Source: Hypanus sabinus (lineage: Eukaryota). From it: a stretch of DNA of 64,000 nucleotides. The notes beneath the pieces were generated by a model. It was given only the letters and a program-made list of their open reading frames with translations, was not told the origin of the DNA and searched no databases. The stretch lies in contig NC_082731.1 in the NCBI RefSeq assembly GCF_030144855.1, positions 26,288,001-26,352,000 of the forward strand, read 5' to 3'. Position numbers and translations under genes: made by a program. Every line of letters starts with the position of its first letter. Position 1 is the stretch's first letter. Shown here one piece after another: positions 38,262-49,364 of the stretch.

Positions 38262-39575
38262 TTCTTAAGGATAGGATCTACGAGCATTTGGAGAAGTACG
38301 GTCTACTCATGGATAGTTAACACGGCTTTGTGAAGGGAAGATCGTGCCTCACGAGCCTGATTGAGATTTTTAAAGTGGTAACAAAAGAGATTGATGAGGT
38401 TAGGGCAGTGGATGTGGCCTACATGGACTTTAGCGAGGCATTTGACAAGGCCCATCATGAGAGACTCATCCAGAAAGTCATGAGGCATGAGATAAGTGGA
38501 ACCTTGGCTGTTTGGATAAAAAAAAATGGCTTAAAGGAAGAAAACAGAGGGCAGTTGTGGAATGAAAATATTCTGCCTGGAGGTCGGTGACTAGTGGAGT
38601 GCCGCAGGGATCTGTCCCGGGACCCCTGCTATTTGTGATTTTTATAAATGACCTGGATGTAGAGGTGGAAGGATGGGTGAGTAAGTTTATGGATGACACG
38701 AAGATTGGAGGAGTTGTGGATGGTTTCAGGTTGTCGAAGATTACAAGAGGATATAGACAGGCTGTGGAGCTGGGCAGAAAAATAACAAATGGAGTTCAAT
38801 CCGGATAAGTGTGAGGTGATGCATTTTCGAAGGACAAACCAGAAGACCGAGTATAGGATTAATGGTCAGTTACTTAAGAGTGCGGATGAACAGAGGGACC
38901 TTGGGTTTCAAATCCATATATCCCTCAAGGTCGCTGCACAGGTTGATAGGGTAGTTAAGAAGGCCTATGGAATGCTATGCTTCATTAACAGAGGGATTGA
39001 GTTCAAGAGTAGAGAGATCATGTTGCAACTCTACAAATCTCTGGTGAGACCACACTTAGAGTATGTTCATTTCTGGTCACCTCATTATGGGAAGGATGTG
39101 GAAGCTATGGAGAGGGTGCAGAGGAGATTTACCAGGATGTTGCCTGGTTTGGAGAACAAGTCATATTAAGCAAGGTTAGTAGAGCTGGGACTTTTCTCTC
39201 TGGAGCGTAGAAGAATGAGAGGGGACTTGATAGAGGTCTACAAGATTATGAGAGGCATAGATAGGGTGTTTCCCAGGACACCAATAGCAAACACCAGAGG
39301 GCATAAATACAAAATTAAGGGAGAATAGTTTATGGGAGACATCTGGGGTAAGTTTTTTACTCAGAGGGTTGTGTGTTCCTGGAATGATTTGCCAGGGATA
39401 GTGGTTGAGGCTAAAACAATAGGGGTATTTAAGAGCCTCTTGGACAGGAACATAGATGTATGAAAAATAGAGGGTTCGAGGGTAGTGTGGGTTTAGTTCT
39501 TTTTTAAGGATTATATGTGTCGGCACAACATGGAAGGCTGAAGGGCCTGTACTGTGCTGTAGTGTTCTATAGCTC
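38262..39575 (+). mobile_element. 5'-truncated CR1-like LINE with frameshifts
   Basis: ORFs 38330-38590 (KGRSCLTSLIE, DFSEAFDK), 38587-38808 (SGVPQGS, FINDLD, FMDD) and 38789-39169 (IEFKSREIMLQLYKSLVRPHLEY); CR1 tail gtactgtgctgtagtgttctat ~39550-39570. Confidence 0.92.
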
Positions 39576-40628
39576 TAATATAGAAGTTCCAGTGCAGAGA
39601 ATGAGCTGCTTCAGCTCAACATATTCACTCCAATAATGAGCTTTCTACCTACCCATTTTTCAATGGATCCCCATAGAACCTGATGAATTGGCAATTCAAG
39701 TTGTCATCTACATAATTCTGAAATATTGTGCGTACTGCTTCCACCACTTTGGGCAGTGTTTTCCAGATCCCAACCATCCTCTAGATGAAAGCTACCTCTA
39801 TGAATAACCATAAAAGCTCCAATCCTCTATAAACCTATGTCCTCTATCTTTAAGTAGCTTTGTAATAGCCAAATTTTGGTGCTGTAGTTAGTACCTCAAA
39901 ATTGTGTACACCTTCAACAGGACACCCTCAACTTCGCCAGGTCCAAAAGACACAAACTGGGGCTATCAGTTATAGCTGAAACTCTCCAACCTGGGCAACA
40001 GCCTGATGAAGCTTTTTTGGCACTCTCCAACTCAATCAAATCCATCGTCTAGACTGGCTGCAGAATATTCCAAGAGTGACCAAACTAATCGTTTGTAAAT
40101 ATGTTCCATAACTTTCCTGCAGTTATCTGGCTGGTGAAGACAAGCACTCTGTATGCTTGCTTCAACAGTTTCTCCTTTTGAAAACCATTTCCAGATGTCA
40201 CGGGCTAGGGAAAAGATGTCCACTATAGCCTACATTCTAGATAAACAGGCAACCAGGCAGACCGATGAATCGAGATTCAGATGAATAGACGAACTGAAAA
40301 ATGCAGAGTCAGAGACGGGTACGGGAAAACAAATAGGCTGATGAATGGTAAAATGTAGATAGACAGATGGATAGCTGAATAGATAAATGTTAGAATGGAT
40401 CTGTTTCTGTTTTGTAACTTTTTGTGACTGGGCAAATACGTCCATTAATAAATTCATGCATGCATTAGTAAATAGAAGTAAAATAATGTATCAGCAGTTG
40501 CTTACATAAGTTGCATTTGTGGTTTATAATGAAGCAGAGCAAGCATTATAATTAAGTGGACTCACTAATATATCCCACAAAGGGTCCCTTAGTGCCTCCG
40601 GGTTATTGTAATGTTATCAAACAGTGTG

Positions 40629-40685
40629 TGAATAGCAACTTACCATTAACCTTTGGATCGGGAACTAGACTGACTGTGATTCCAA
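40629..40685 (+). CDS. TRAJ: J segment, intact: NSNLPLTFGSGTRLTVIP
   Basis: Nonamer ggttattgt 40601-40609, 12-bp spacer, cagtgtg 40622-40628; donor at 40686. Confidence 0.92.
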
Positions 40686-40846
40686 GTAAGTCACCCTCAG
40701 CTGCTCTTAACATAGACGGTTTATGAGCGTAATCAACATACATATGCCTGAATTTGGGATTTGCTGGAACAAACGGACTGGGTTCTTTTTGAAACACTAT
40801 AATGGGTTAGTTAGCAGATATTTGTGTAAGAATTTCTTTTACTGTG

Positions 40847-40909
40847 TAAGTTATGGAATGGACAGTAAAGTAATGTTTAGAAGTGGAACAAGACTTTCTG
40901 TGTAACCCA
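40847..40909 (+). pseudogene. TRAJ: Pseudo-J: SYGMDSKVMFRSGTRLSV*P
   Basis: RSS plausible (tatttgtgt, 12-bp spacer, tactgtg 40840-40846) but FRSG, stop codon and donor gaaagc. Confidence 0.8.
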
Positions 40910-42139
40910 GAAAGCTAAATGACTGAGTTTCTCTTCCTCAGTGAAGGAAATGCAGGACATATTATTAATTATGCCGAGAATGGGAGCCACATATGCCAAG
41001 GCAGGCAAAATATGCAACTAATTCACAGAATGTTGTTATATAAAAGATAGAGTGCAAGGAATGCGGCCTTTAAGCCCATCATATTCACGCCAATCATCAG
41101 CTTTCTACCTACCCAATTACGAATTAATCGCCTATACACTTTGAGCATTTGGCGATTCACGTTATCCTCTACATAATTCTTAAATAACGCGCGTACTGAT
41201 CCCAACCATCTCCTGAGTAAAAACAAACCCTCGCTGGATAACCCTAAGAGCTCTAATCTTTCCCTAAACCTATGTCTTCTAGCTTTAAGTACCTTTGTCA
41301 TGAACTTTTGGTGACCAGCTCCAAAAGAAACAAACTGACGCGATCAATCATAATTGAAACGCCCCAACCTGGGCGACAAGCTTACGAGTCTTTCATGCAC
41401 ACTCTCCAACTCAACCAAGTCCTTCTTATAGTGAGGCGTCCCCAGCATTGCATAATATTCCAACAGTGACCAAAACAATCTTTTGAAATTTGTTCCATAA
41501 CCTTCCTACTCTTGTATTCTATTGCCTGGCGAGTGAAGTCAAGTATCCTGTGTGACTCCTTCAACACTTCCTTTTTTTCAAAACCATTTTCACATCTCAC
41601 AGACTAGGAAAGCAAATGTCCACCATAACCTATAATCTAGTTGGACAGACAGATAGGCAAACCGATTAATCGAGATTCAGACGAATGAACGAAGTGAAAG
41701 TTCCACAGACAAAGAGATTCTGATGCATGGTAAAATACAGATAGATAGATCGATAGATGGATAGCTAGGTAAGTACACGGACAGACAACATAGACTGTTA
41801 GGTGCTGACTCTTGTCAGGCAGATTGTCAGAAATTGCATGTATGGATTGTTACTATTATATCTCAAATTCAGTGCTCTGCCACTTATTGCCAGATAATGA
41901 TCTCTATGCAAAAAGCACCAAGAGGCAGTGTATGGCATTCTGATGGTGGATCGTCATGACTGTATTGAGCAACAGAGGAGGACAAAATGGTTGATTCCCG
42001 CCTCTGAGCCTTCTTCTAGAATACAATTCCCCTCCAAAATGAGAAGCATGAACATCATATCTATGTGCACAGTATCTCATGAGCCAAACTCCACATCTGG
42101 CCATAGGGCCAAGTTTTTGGGTGGGCGTCTCACACTGTG

Positions 42140-42196
42140 CGAATAATAACATCAAAGTAATATTTGGATCGGGTACCAGACTCGATGTAACTCCAA
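42140..42196 (+). CDS. TRAJ: J segment, intact: NNNIKVIFGSGTRLDVTP
   Basis: Nonamer agtttttgg 42112-42120, 12-bp spacer, cactgtg 42133-42139; donor at 42197. Confidence 0.91.
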
Positions 42197-42977
42197 GTAA
42201 GTCACCCTTGTTCACCAATCACTTGGTCCATTATTCCCGGTTGGTATTATTGCCGGCTAGAGATATTTTCTTTCTGGTCTTTCTGTGGGCTTGCTGGCGG
42301 GATTGACAGTATCTGATATTGACTCGGATACTGTTCGATTCTGAAGCTGACAGGTTTTATAATAGTTAGTAGTGCGACCAAGCACCTTGTACAAGCTGTT
42401 GAAAGGCTAGATTTAAGATCAATTAGAAGAATGATAGGTGATTTTATTGAAACGTTTAGATTTCGAAAATATTTGACAGTTAGATAAGGAGATGTTTCCA
42501 CTAGTTGAAGACTTGTGAATGAAGGACAAACAAGGGAAGTGATCTGTTATTTGAAACTGTGGATTTAGAGATTTGTTCTTTCAGGGATGAGTGAATCTTT
42601 GGAAGTCCACACCACAACCGATTGTCAGAGGTGGACCATCGGTGATATTGAAGGAGTAAGTAGATGAATGTCTGTGTGACTGAAAAATTCAAGCTTATGA
42701 TGATCTCGTACAACAGAGGAGATGGGACCTGGGAAAAATTAGTTCTTGTTGAATAATGGAGCAGGTCTGAGTGACAGAGTAGCCTACTGTCCTTAAATGT
42801 TTCTTTTTTAACCAGAATAAAACAAATACTGCAGCTCGAAGATTTTTTAAAAAAAGAAACTCCTGGTAGGTTTCAGTCCTGGGGCCATCGCAATCTACAG
42901 CCATCATTACCAACACAAAGGTTTACATTTCTATAGCGCCAAGCACACGTGTTTTTGTGAGGCTGCCCACTACTGTG

Positions 42978-43034
42978 TGGGTGACAACTACCGACTAATA
43001 TTTGGATTAGGAACCAGCCTGACTGTAACTCCAC
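42978..43034 (+). CDS. TRAJ: J segment, intact: GDNYRLIFGLGTSLTVTP
   Basis: Nonamer tgtttttgt 42950-42958, 12-bp spacer, tactgtg 42971-42977; donor at 43035. Confidence 0.92.
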
Positions 43035-43864
43035 GTAAGTCGACCTTGCTTGTATTGGGTGTAATATATCCCTGAGTGAACTTCGTAAGTTTAAAAATCA
43101 AGAAAATCTGGTTGAATTGTGATAGGCAAGAAGTAGACTCCAAGGTGAAACATAAATATATACACTGCTTCTCTGTTTGAAAGTAAATAGGAATATTTGT
43201 CCTATTGCTGCTGCGAGCTGATGGCATTTAAATATTAATGTACTTAGATACTAAAATTCAATCAGAATTTTTACCATTACCCATTTCCTCCTATCATGAA
43301 GTCCATTTTGCATCCAATTAGCAAAAGCGCTGTGACTCTGATCTGCATCATTCTGAATCATGCTACACGGGTCTTTGTGGTAGGACCATCGGTAATACCT
43401 TACTGAGGTTCGTAGCTTCATAGGTCTTCTTAGTATTCTCCTTAAGAAAATGCAATCAAATTAGTGAGGCAGAATTTGCCACACACTATACCATGCGAAC
43501 TGCCCTTATGTATCGTTGTTTTGCCAAATCTACAAAATTCCTGTTCCTTACAGTTCACCGACGTTTCACTGACTTTGGGGAGTTATCTGTCAAAATGCGT
43601 ACCAGGCCATATTCTCTGAACTATTATATAGCCAACCCACCACCCGAACCGCTATCATTCGTGTCTTTATCCCTGTCGATTACTGATCAGCAGTGCTAAT
43701 ACAAGACCTTGCCCACATCCCCTAGATTCAGATACAGACGACATCATTAATAAAACTTACTTAGTATTTTTAATAATTAGAGTCAATTAACGAGGAAGGC
43801 ATTGGAAATGACCCTTTCAAAATAAAATGAAACGGATTCATTTTAAAGAGGGTCAAGTACTTTG

Positions 43865-43926
43865 TGAATCATACAGGTAATAGCAAGTTAATATCCGGGA
43901 GTAGGACTAAAGTGAGTATAGAAACA
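43865..43926 (+). pseudogene. TRAJ: Pseudo-J: NHTGNSKLISGSRTKVSIET
   Basis: Heptamer tactttg 43858-43864, FGXG changed to SGSR, phase-0 donor at 43927. Confidence 0.78.
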
Positions 43927-44786
43927 GTAAGTGCTCATATTTGTAAAGTTGGGACAGAAAATATTTGAAAATACGATTAGATCGGGTAGCTTTCAATCTG
44001 GTTGCAGGTCAATTTACTTCAGACAAAATATATTCCTTTTCCATGATTATGATTAGTTGAAAGTAAAATTGCATAACGGACTCTTTTTATTGAAATGTCT
44101 TAATTTTACGTATAAATGGAGGGGTGAAGACAAAGAGTGTTAATGGAAAGACAAAAAGAGATGGGACATAGATGGGACAGCAGAGTGAAGCAGCAGGTAA
44201 CGCCACGACAGCCCTAGAGATCCGCATTTCATCCTCGGCTCCAGAGCTGAATGTGTACAGTTGGCCTGATTTTCCTGCGACCTTGTAGATTTTTTCTGAC
44301 TACTTTCCTAGTTTCAATGGCTAACAGCTTGGAAGGATAATGGTAAATTGCCCCAGTGTGTGTGTATGTATGCAGGAATCTGAAAAGAGTTGTTGAAAAT
44401 TTGGGAAGCGAGAAGTAGTTAGGGTAGGATTTCTGTAATTGCGTGCAAGAGCTTCAGTGCAGACCAACTGGGCCTAAAAGCCATCTCAGTGATGTGGGAT
44501 TTTATTATTAGTGCAAGTAGGTGTTTGGTGGTCAGCACGATTCGATGGGCTGAAGGGTCTGTTTCTCAGATGTATCTTTCTGTGGCTGAGCTAATATGTC
44601 CATTTATAGATTGATACATACTTTAACAAATAGAAGTAAAATAATGTATCCGCGAATACTTACATTAGTTATATTTATAGTTTATAATGCAGCAGTGCAG
44701 GCGTTATATTTAAGGCCACTTATCAATATTTCTCATAAAGTGCCCTTTACTGGATCCGGTTTATTGTAATGTTATCTAACAGTGTG

Positions 44787-44843
44787 TGAGTACCAACCTA
44801 CCATTAACCTTTGGACCAGGAACCAGAGTGACTGTGATTCCAA
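44787..44843 (+). CDS. TRAJ: J segment, intact: STNLPLTFGPGTRVTVIP
   Basis: Nonamer gtttattgt 44759-44767, 12-bp spacer, cagtgtg 44780-44786; donor at 44844. Confidence 0.91.
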
Positions 44844-44998
44844 GTAAGTCACCCTAACTTGCTCTTAACATGGAATGTTTATGAGCATAATTACTGTGCC
44901 TGAATTTAGGATTCACTGCGATAACCAGACTGTTTTATTTTTGGAAAATTATAATGGGGGGTCAGCGTGTATTTATTGTATGAAGTTCAGTTACTGTG

Positions 44999-45057
44999 TG
45001 ATGTAACGAGCAACAAATTAACGTTTGGAAGTGGGACAAAACTCGTTGTGGAACCCA
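44999..45057 (+). CDS. TRAJ: J segment, intact: DVTSNKLTFGSGTKLVVEP
   Basis: Nonamer atttattgt 44971-44979, 12-bp spacer, tactgtg 44992-44998; donor at 45058; 59 nt long. Confidence 0.88.
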
Positions 45058-46300
45058 GTAAGTAAAATGGTAGAGATTCTCTTCATCAGAAAAGGAAACA
45101 TAGGACATGTTATAGATTAACTCATAGAATTTGAGGGTAATGTTACTGTTACAGTGCACAGCCCAACATATCCACGCCAATAATGAGCTTTCTACCTACC
45201 CATTTTTCGAAGGAACACATAGACTTTGATGATTTGGCGATTCCGGTTGTCTACATAATTCTGAAATAATGTGCGTTCTGCTTCCACCACTTTGGACAGT
45301 GCGTTCTCGATACCAACCATCCTGTAGTTGAAATATCCCTCTATGAATAACCATGAAAGTTCCAATCCTCTCTAAACCTATGTCCTTTATCGTTACGTAC
45401 CTTTGCCCAGAACTAACTTTTGCTGCTGAAGTTAGCACCAGACAACGGTGTACACCTTAACCAGGACACTCTCACCTTCGCCAGATTCAAGGGAAACAAA
45501 CTGAGACTATCAATTATAGCTGAAACTCTCCAACCTAGGCATCAGCCTGATAAGTCTTTTCTGGATACTCTGCAACACCATCAAATCCCTCCTATAGAGT
45601 GCTGCATTATATTCTGAGAGTGACCAAACCAATTGTTTGTAATTTTGTTCCATAACTTTCCTGCTGGTATCTGGCTGGCGAAGAGAAGTATTCTGTATGC
45701 CTCCTTCAACACTTTCCCCTTCTTTTGAAAACCATTTTCAGATGTCACGGACTAGGAAAAAAAAATGTCCACTATAGCCTAGTTAGACAGACAAACGAGC
45801 AGAGCGATGAATCGAGATTCAAATGAATAGCCGAAATGAAAGATAGATTCACAGACGTGTGTGGAAAAACAGACAGGCTGATGAATGGTAAAATGTGGAT
45901 AGACGGATGGATAGCTGAATGATTAAAAAGATAAAATGGAAAGATAGATAAATAGATAACAATCTATACTTATCTATTATTAGCCTTAATAGATTTTTTA
46001 AAAGATGTTTTAGCCAATCGTGTACTCATCAGCTAATTATATCTATGCATAAAGCACCGAGAAGTACAGGGCGAGTTGTATATGTTATTGGGATGGTGGA
46101 TCAACAATGTTATATTGACTGGTAGAACCAGCTCAAAGGGCCAAACGAGCGACTCTCGCCCATGTATTTTCATTTCTTTGTTCGATGCACAATTCCCTTC
46201 CAAAATGTGAAGCGTGAGTATCATGTCAATGTGCACAGTATCCCACGGGCCACACGCCACAGTTAACCGTAGAGATTTTGCGTGGATGTGTCACACTGTG

Positions 46301-46357
46301 TGAAGAATGACTTGAAAATAATATTTGGGCCTGGAACTGAACTGACTATAACTCCAA
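46301..46357 (+). CDS. TRAJ: J segment, intact: KNDLKIIFGPGTELTITP
   Basis: Nonamer agattttgc 46273-46281, 12-bp spacer, cactgtg 46294-46300; donor at 46358. Confidence 0.89.
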
Positions 46358-46819
46358 GTAAGTCAGCCTTGCTCATCAATCATTTGATCCGTTGTTCCCT
46401 CCTGGAAAATAGAAATATTGACAGAAAGGGCCCTCTGTTGACCTGTTGGTGCGATTGGCACCGTAAAGGTATCCTTTTAAGGAATCAGGGACTGTGTGTA
46501 CCTTTAGCCGTCAGCACATCAATACTTGCTACATAGATCATGCTTCTTGTACAAACAAGTAAGTCTTGAAAATAGGTTATAAAAATATATCAGAAGGATG
46601 ATAGCTGATCTTATTTAACCGAGTAAGATTCAGAGAAAGTTTGGAGAATGGGTGAGGAGGATTTCCACCAACTGAAGAACATATGGGGGGAGGGATCTTT
46701 TATTTGAAATTGAGGGTTCCAGTGATTTTTTCCTTCCCTGAATTGCATCATTTATTTCTTCCTTCCGGGTGCTTGTGAGTGTTGGACTAACAACGGGTGA
46801 AGTTCTGCATGATCAGAAA

Positions 46820-47900
46820 ATAGAAAGAGGTGGCTAAAGGGATTCTGCAGACATTAGTGATAATCTTTCCAGAATTTATGGAGTATGGTTCTAGATGACT
46901 GTAAAATTGCCAATGTCACTCCACTCCTCAAAAGGGTAGAGAGGCAGAAGAAATGAAATGAAGTCCTGTTATTTTGACCTCAGTGGTTGGGAAGATGTTT
47001 GCGTTGATAGTTAAAGCTGTGGTTTCAGTGTACGTGGAGCCACATGTGAAAATAGGCTGTAGTCAGCATGGTTTCCTTAAGGGAAAATCTTTCCTAATAA
47101 ATCTGCTGAAATTCTTTAAAGAATGAGCAAGCAGGATAGACATCGAGGTACAGGTGGATGTTGTACATTTGGATTTTCAGAAGGCCTTTGACAAGGTGCC
47201 ACGCTTGAGGCTCTTTAGCAAGTTAAGAGACCATGGTATTACAGGAAAGATACTAGCATGGATAGAGCATTGGATGATTGTCAGGAAGTAAAGAGTGGGA
47301 ATAAAGGAAGCCTTTTCTGGTTTGCTGCAGGTGAATAGTAATGTTCCATAAGGATCTGTTTTGGGACCGCTTCTTTTTACGTTATATGTTAATAACTTGG
47401 ATGACAAAGTTGGTGGCTTTGAGGCCAGGTTTGTGGATGATGCGAAGGTAGGTAGAGGGACATACAGTTTTGAAGAATCAGAGATGCTCCGCAAGGATTT
47501 AGACAAATTAGGACAATGGCCACGGAGTTGAAAATGAAACACAGTGTCTGGAAGTGCATGGTCATGCACTTTGGTAGAAGAAATAAAAACGTGTGCTCTA
47601 CATCGAGAGAAAATTCAAAAACCTGAGGTGCAAAGTGAGTCCTCCTGCAGGATTCCCCGAAGGATTACTTGTAGGTTGATTCCGATGGTGAGGAAGGTAA
47701 CTGCAATGTTAGAATTCATTTCGAGTGTGCTAGAATAAAAAGCAAGGATATTATATTGACGCTTTGTCAGGCACTCACTTGGAGTATTATGACCGGTTTT
47801 GGCCCCTCATCTATGAAAGTATATGCTGACGTTGGATAGGGTACAGGAAAATTATTCGGGGCATTTCATGGCTCCGGAGCAGACTCGGTGAGCCAAATGA
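46820..47900 (+). mobile_element. Decayed CR1-like LINE RT fragment
   Basis: attgccaatgtcactccactc, cagcatggtttccttaagggaaaatc, ttcagaaggcctttgacaaggtgccac: IANVTPL / QHGFLKGK / FQKAFDKVP motifs, with stops. Confidence 0.8.
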
Positions 47901-48159
47901 CTGAATTCCGCTCCTATCTTAAGATAGAAGGCTGTGGAGAACTTTTACAGTGAGGAGTTGAAACCTGGGACAAATCAGTTTAAGTTCAAGACAGGCTTGA
48001 TGGTTTAATCCTGCACCCTAAATGTTTTTGTGCTGTCACAAAGGCCACAGATGCTGGAAACCTGAGATAAAAGATAGGAGTAAAGTTATAAAGTCCTGTT
48101 AAAGGCTTTCATTTCTGGAACACTTCATAGACGTTTTGGTGAGGTTTTCGCCACAGGTT

Positions 48160-48215
48160 TAGTAAAAGCCGGCGAATAATATTTGGATCTGGATTCAGCT
48201 TGACTCTAGCTCCAC
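48160..48215 (+). pseudogene. TRAJ: Open J with defective heptamer: ...KSRRIIFGSGFSLTLAP
   Basis: Nonamer-like cgttttggt 48132-48140, but no GTG-ending heptamer; FGSG frame open; donor at 48216. Confidence 0.7.
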
Positions 48216-48251
48216 GTAAGTAGTGATTTTGTAAGGCTGTCCAGTACTGTG

Positions 48252-48308
48252 TGGGTAGCAGCACCAAAATAACATTTGGATCTGGCACGATTCTGACTGT
48301 AACTCCGC
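48252..48308 (+). CDS. TRAJ: 3'-most intact J segment: GSSTKITFGSGTILTVTP
   Basis: Nonamer tgattttgt 48224-48232, 12-bp spacer, tactgtg 48245-48251; donor at 48309. Confidence 0.91.
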
Positions 48309-48619
48309 GTAAGTAGACCTTTATTTTGTTTGATACAATTTATCTCAGAGAGAAAATCCTGTTATAAATCAACGAAAACAAGCTAAATTGGGTCGGGGGG
48401 CATTAGGGTTAGAATCCAGGGTGAAAAGCTGAAATGATATACTGCTTGTCTGTTTGCATCGTCATTTGCTGTTCCCGACAGACACCATTTTAGTTCCATT
48501 TAAATATTCATATACCACCTTCCAATCAAACAAAAATCTTTCCAGCTTTACCCTCTGTCTCCTATCCTGAATTTCACTTTCGATGCAATTAGCTGAACAG
48601 ACTCTCATCTACCTTAGCC

Positions 48620-48960
48620 TTCTGTAACAGACTACCACGCAGGGCCCTGTGGTAGGACATTCCATAACGCCTTTACTAAAGTCCACAGACAATGCCTTCT
48701 GCCCTTCCTGCGTCAGTCCTCTCAGTTGCCTGCTCAGTTACTGAGGCAGACTTTCCCGACGAAATGCCATGCTGCCTATCTGTCACTACACTCTGTCTTT
48801 CCAAATATACATAAATCCTCCTTGTAATTATCTCCAATAATTTCCCTACCACCGACATTAGGCTCACTATCCTGATGTTACGGGATTGGAAATGCTGCAC
48901 TTCTGAAATAAAGGAAAGATTCTAACGATTCTCCAGATCGTTCACACTTTACCTATGACT
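48620..48960 (-). mobile_element. Decayed CR1-like RT fragment (paralogue near 43340-43700)
   Basis: ORF 48676-48900: RIVSLMSVVGKLLE...QHGISSGKS. Confidence 0.65.
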
Positions 48961-49291
48961 AAAGAAGATGCAAAAGTCTCCATCGAGATCGCAGTAGTCT
49001 TCCCATGTTCCCATAGTATTCTGGGAGAGAACAGCTGGCCCTCCGTTCCGAGAACTGTGGGATAGGTCCTAAATAGGTCCTAAATGGAGTTCAAGAACGG
49101 ATGCACAAATACCTTGAAGCATGTGTGTGTTTGTGTGTTAGATCAGTTAGAACGCATACTTCCCAAGTTTATTCCATTTAACCACCACCATGTGTGTGAA
49201 ATATCCTTCAAATTTCCAAAAATAAAGCCTTGAGATGTCTTCGAAAACATCGTCTCCTAAAGGCAGTTTATCGTTCAGAATTGAAAAGCCC

Positions 49292-49364
49292 CTCGTGAAC
49301 AGGGACTTGAACGCTGGACCCTCAGATTCGAACTCTGATGCTCTACCGACTGAGCTACCCAACC
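49292..49364 (-). tRNA. tRNA-Lys(UUU)-derived pseudogene (anticodon position reads TCG, acceptor stem broken)
   Basis: Minus strand GGTTGGGTAGCTCAGTCGGTAGAGCATCAGAGTTCGAATCTGAGGGTCCAGCGTTCAAGTCCCTGTTCACGAG matches vertebrate tRNA-Lys-TTT in the D arm, anticodon stem and T arm. Acceptor pairs 1-3 mismatch, plus one T-stem mismatch. Confidence 0.8.

Noticed and set aside
93-46536. ORFs containing FGXG (93-338, 4256-4672, 24792-25244, 35285-35518, 42079-42306, 46282-46536) as standalone genes
   Set aside because: They are read-throughs across RSS, J segment and intron; only the 57-63 nt J portion is coding after rearrangement.
96-48315. CRISPR-like array interpretation of the repeated RSS/J units
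   Set aside because: Vertebrate DNA with irregular spacing, splice donors and RAG signals; no identical direct repeats or cas genes.
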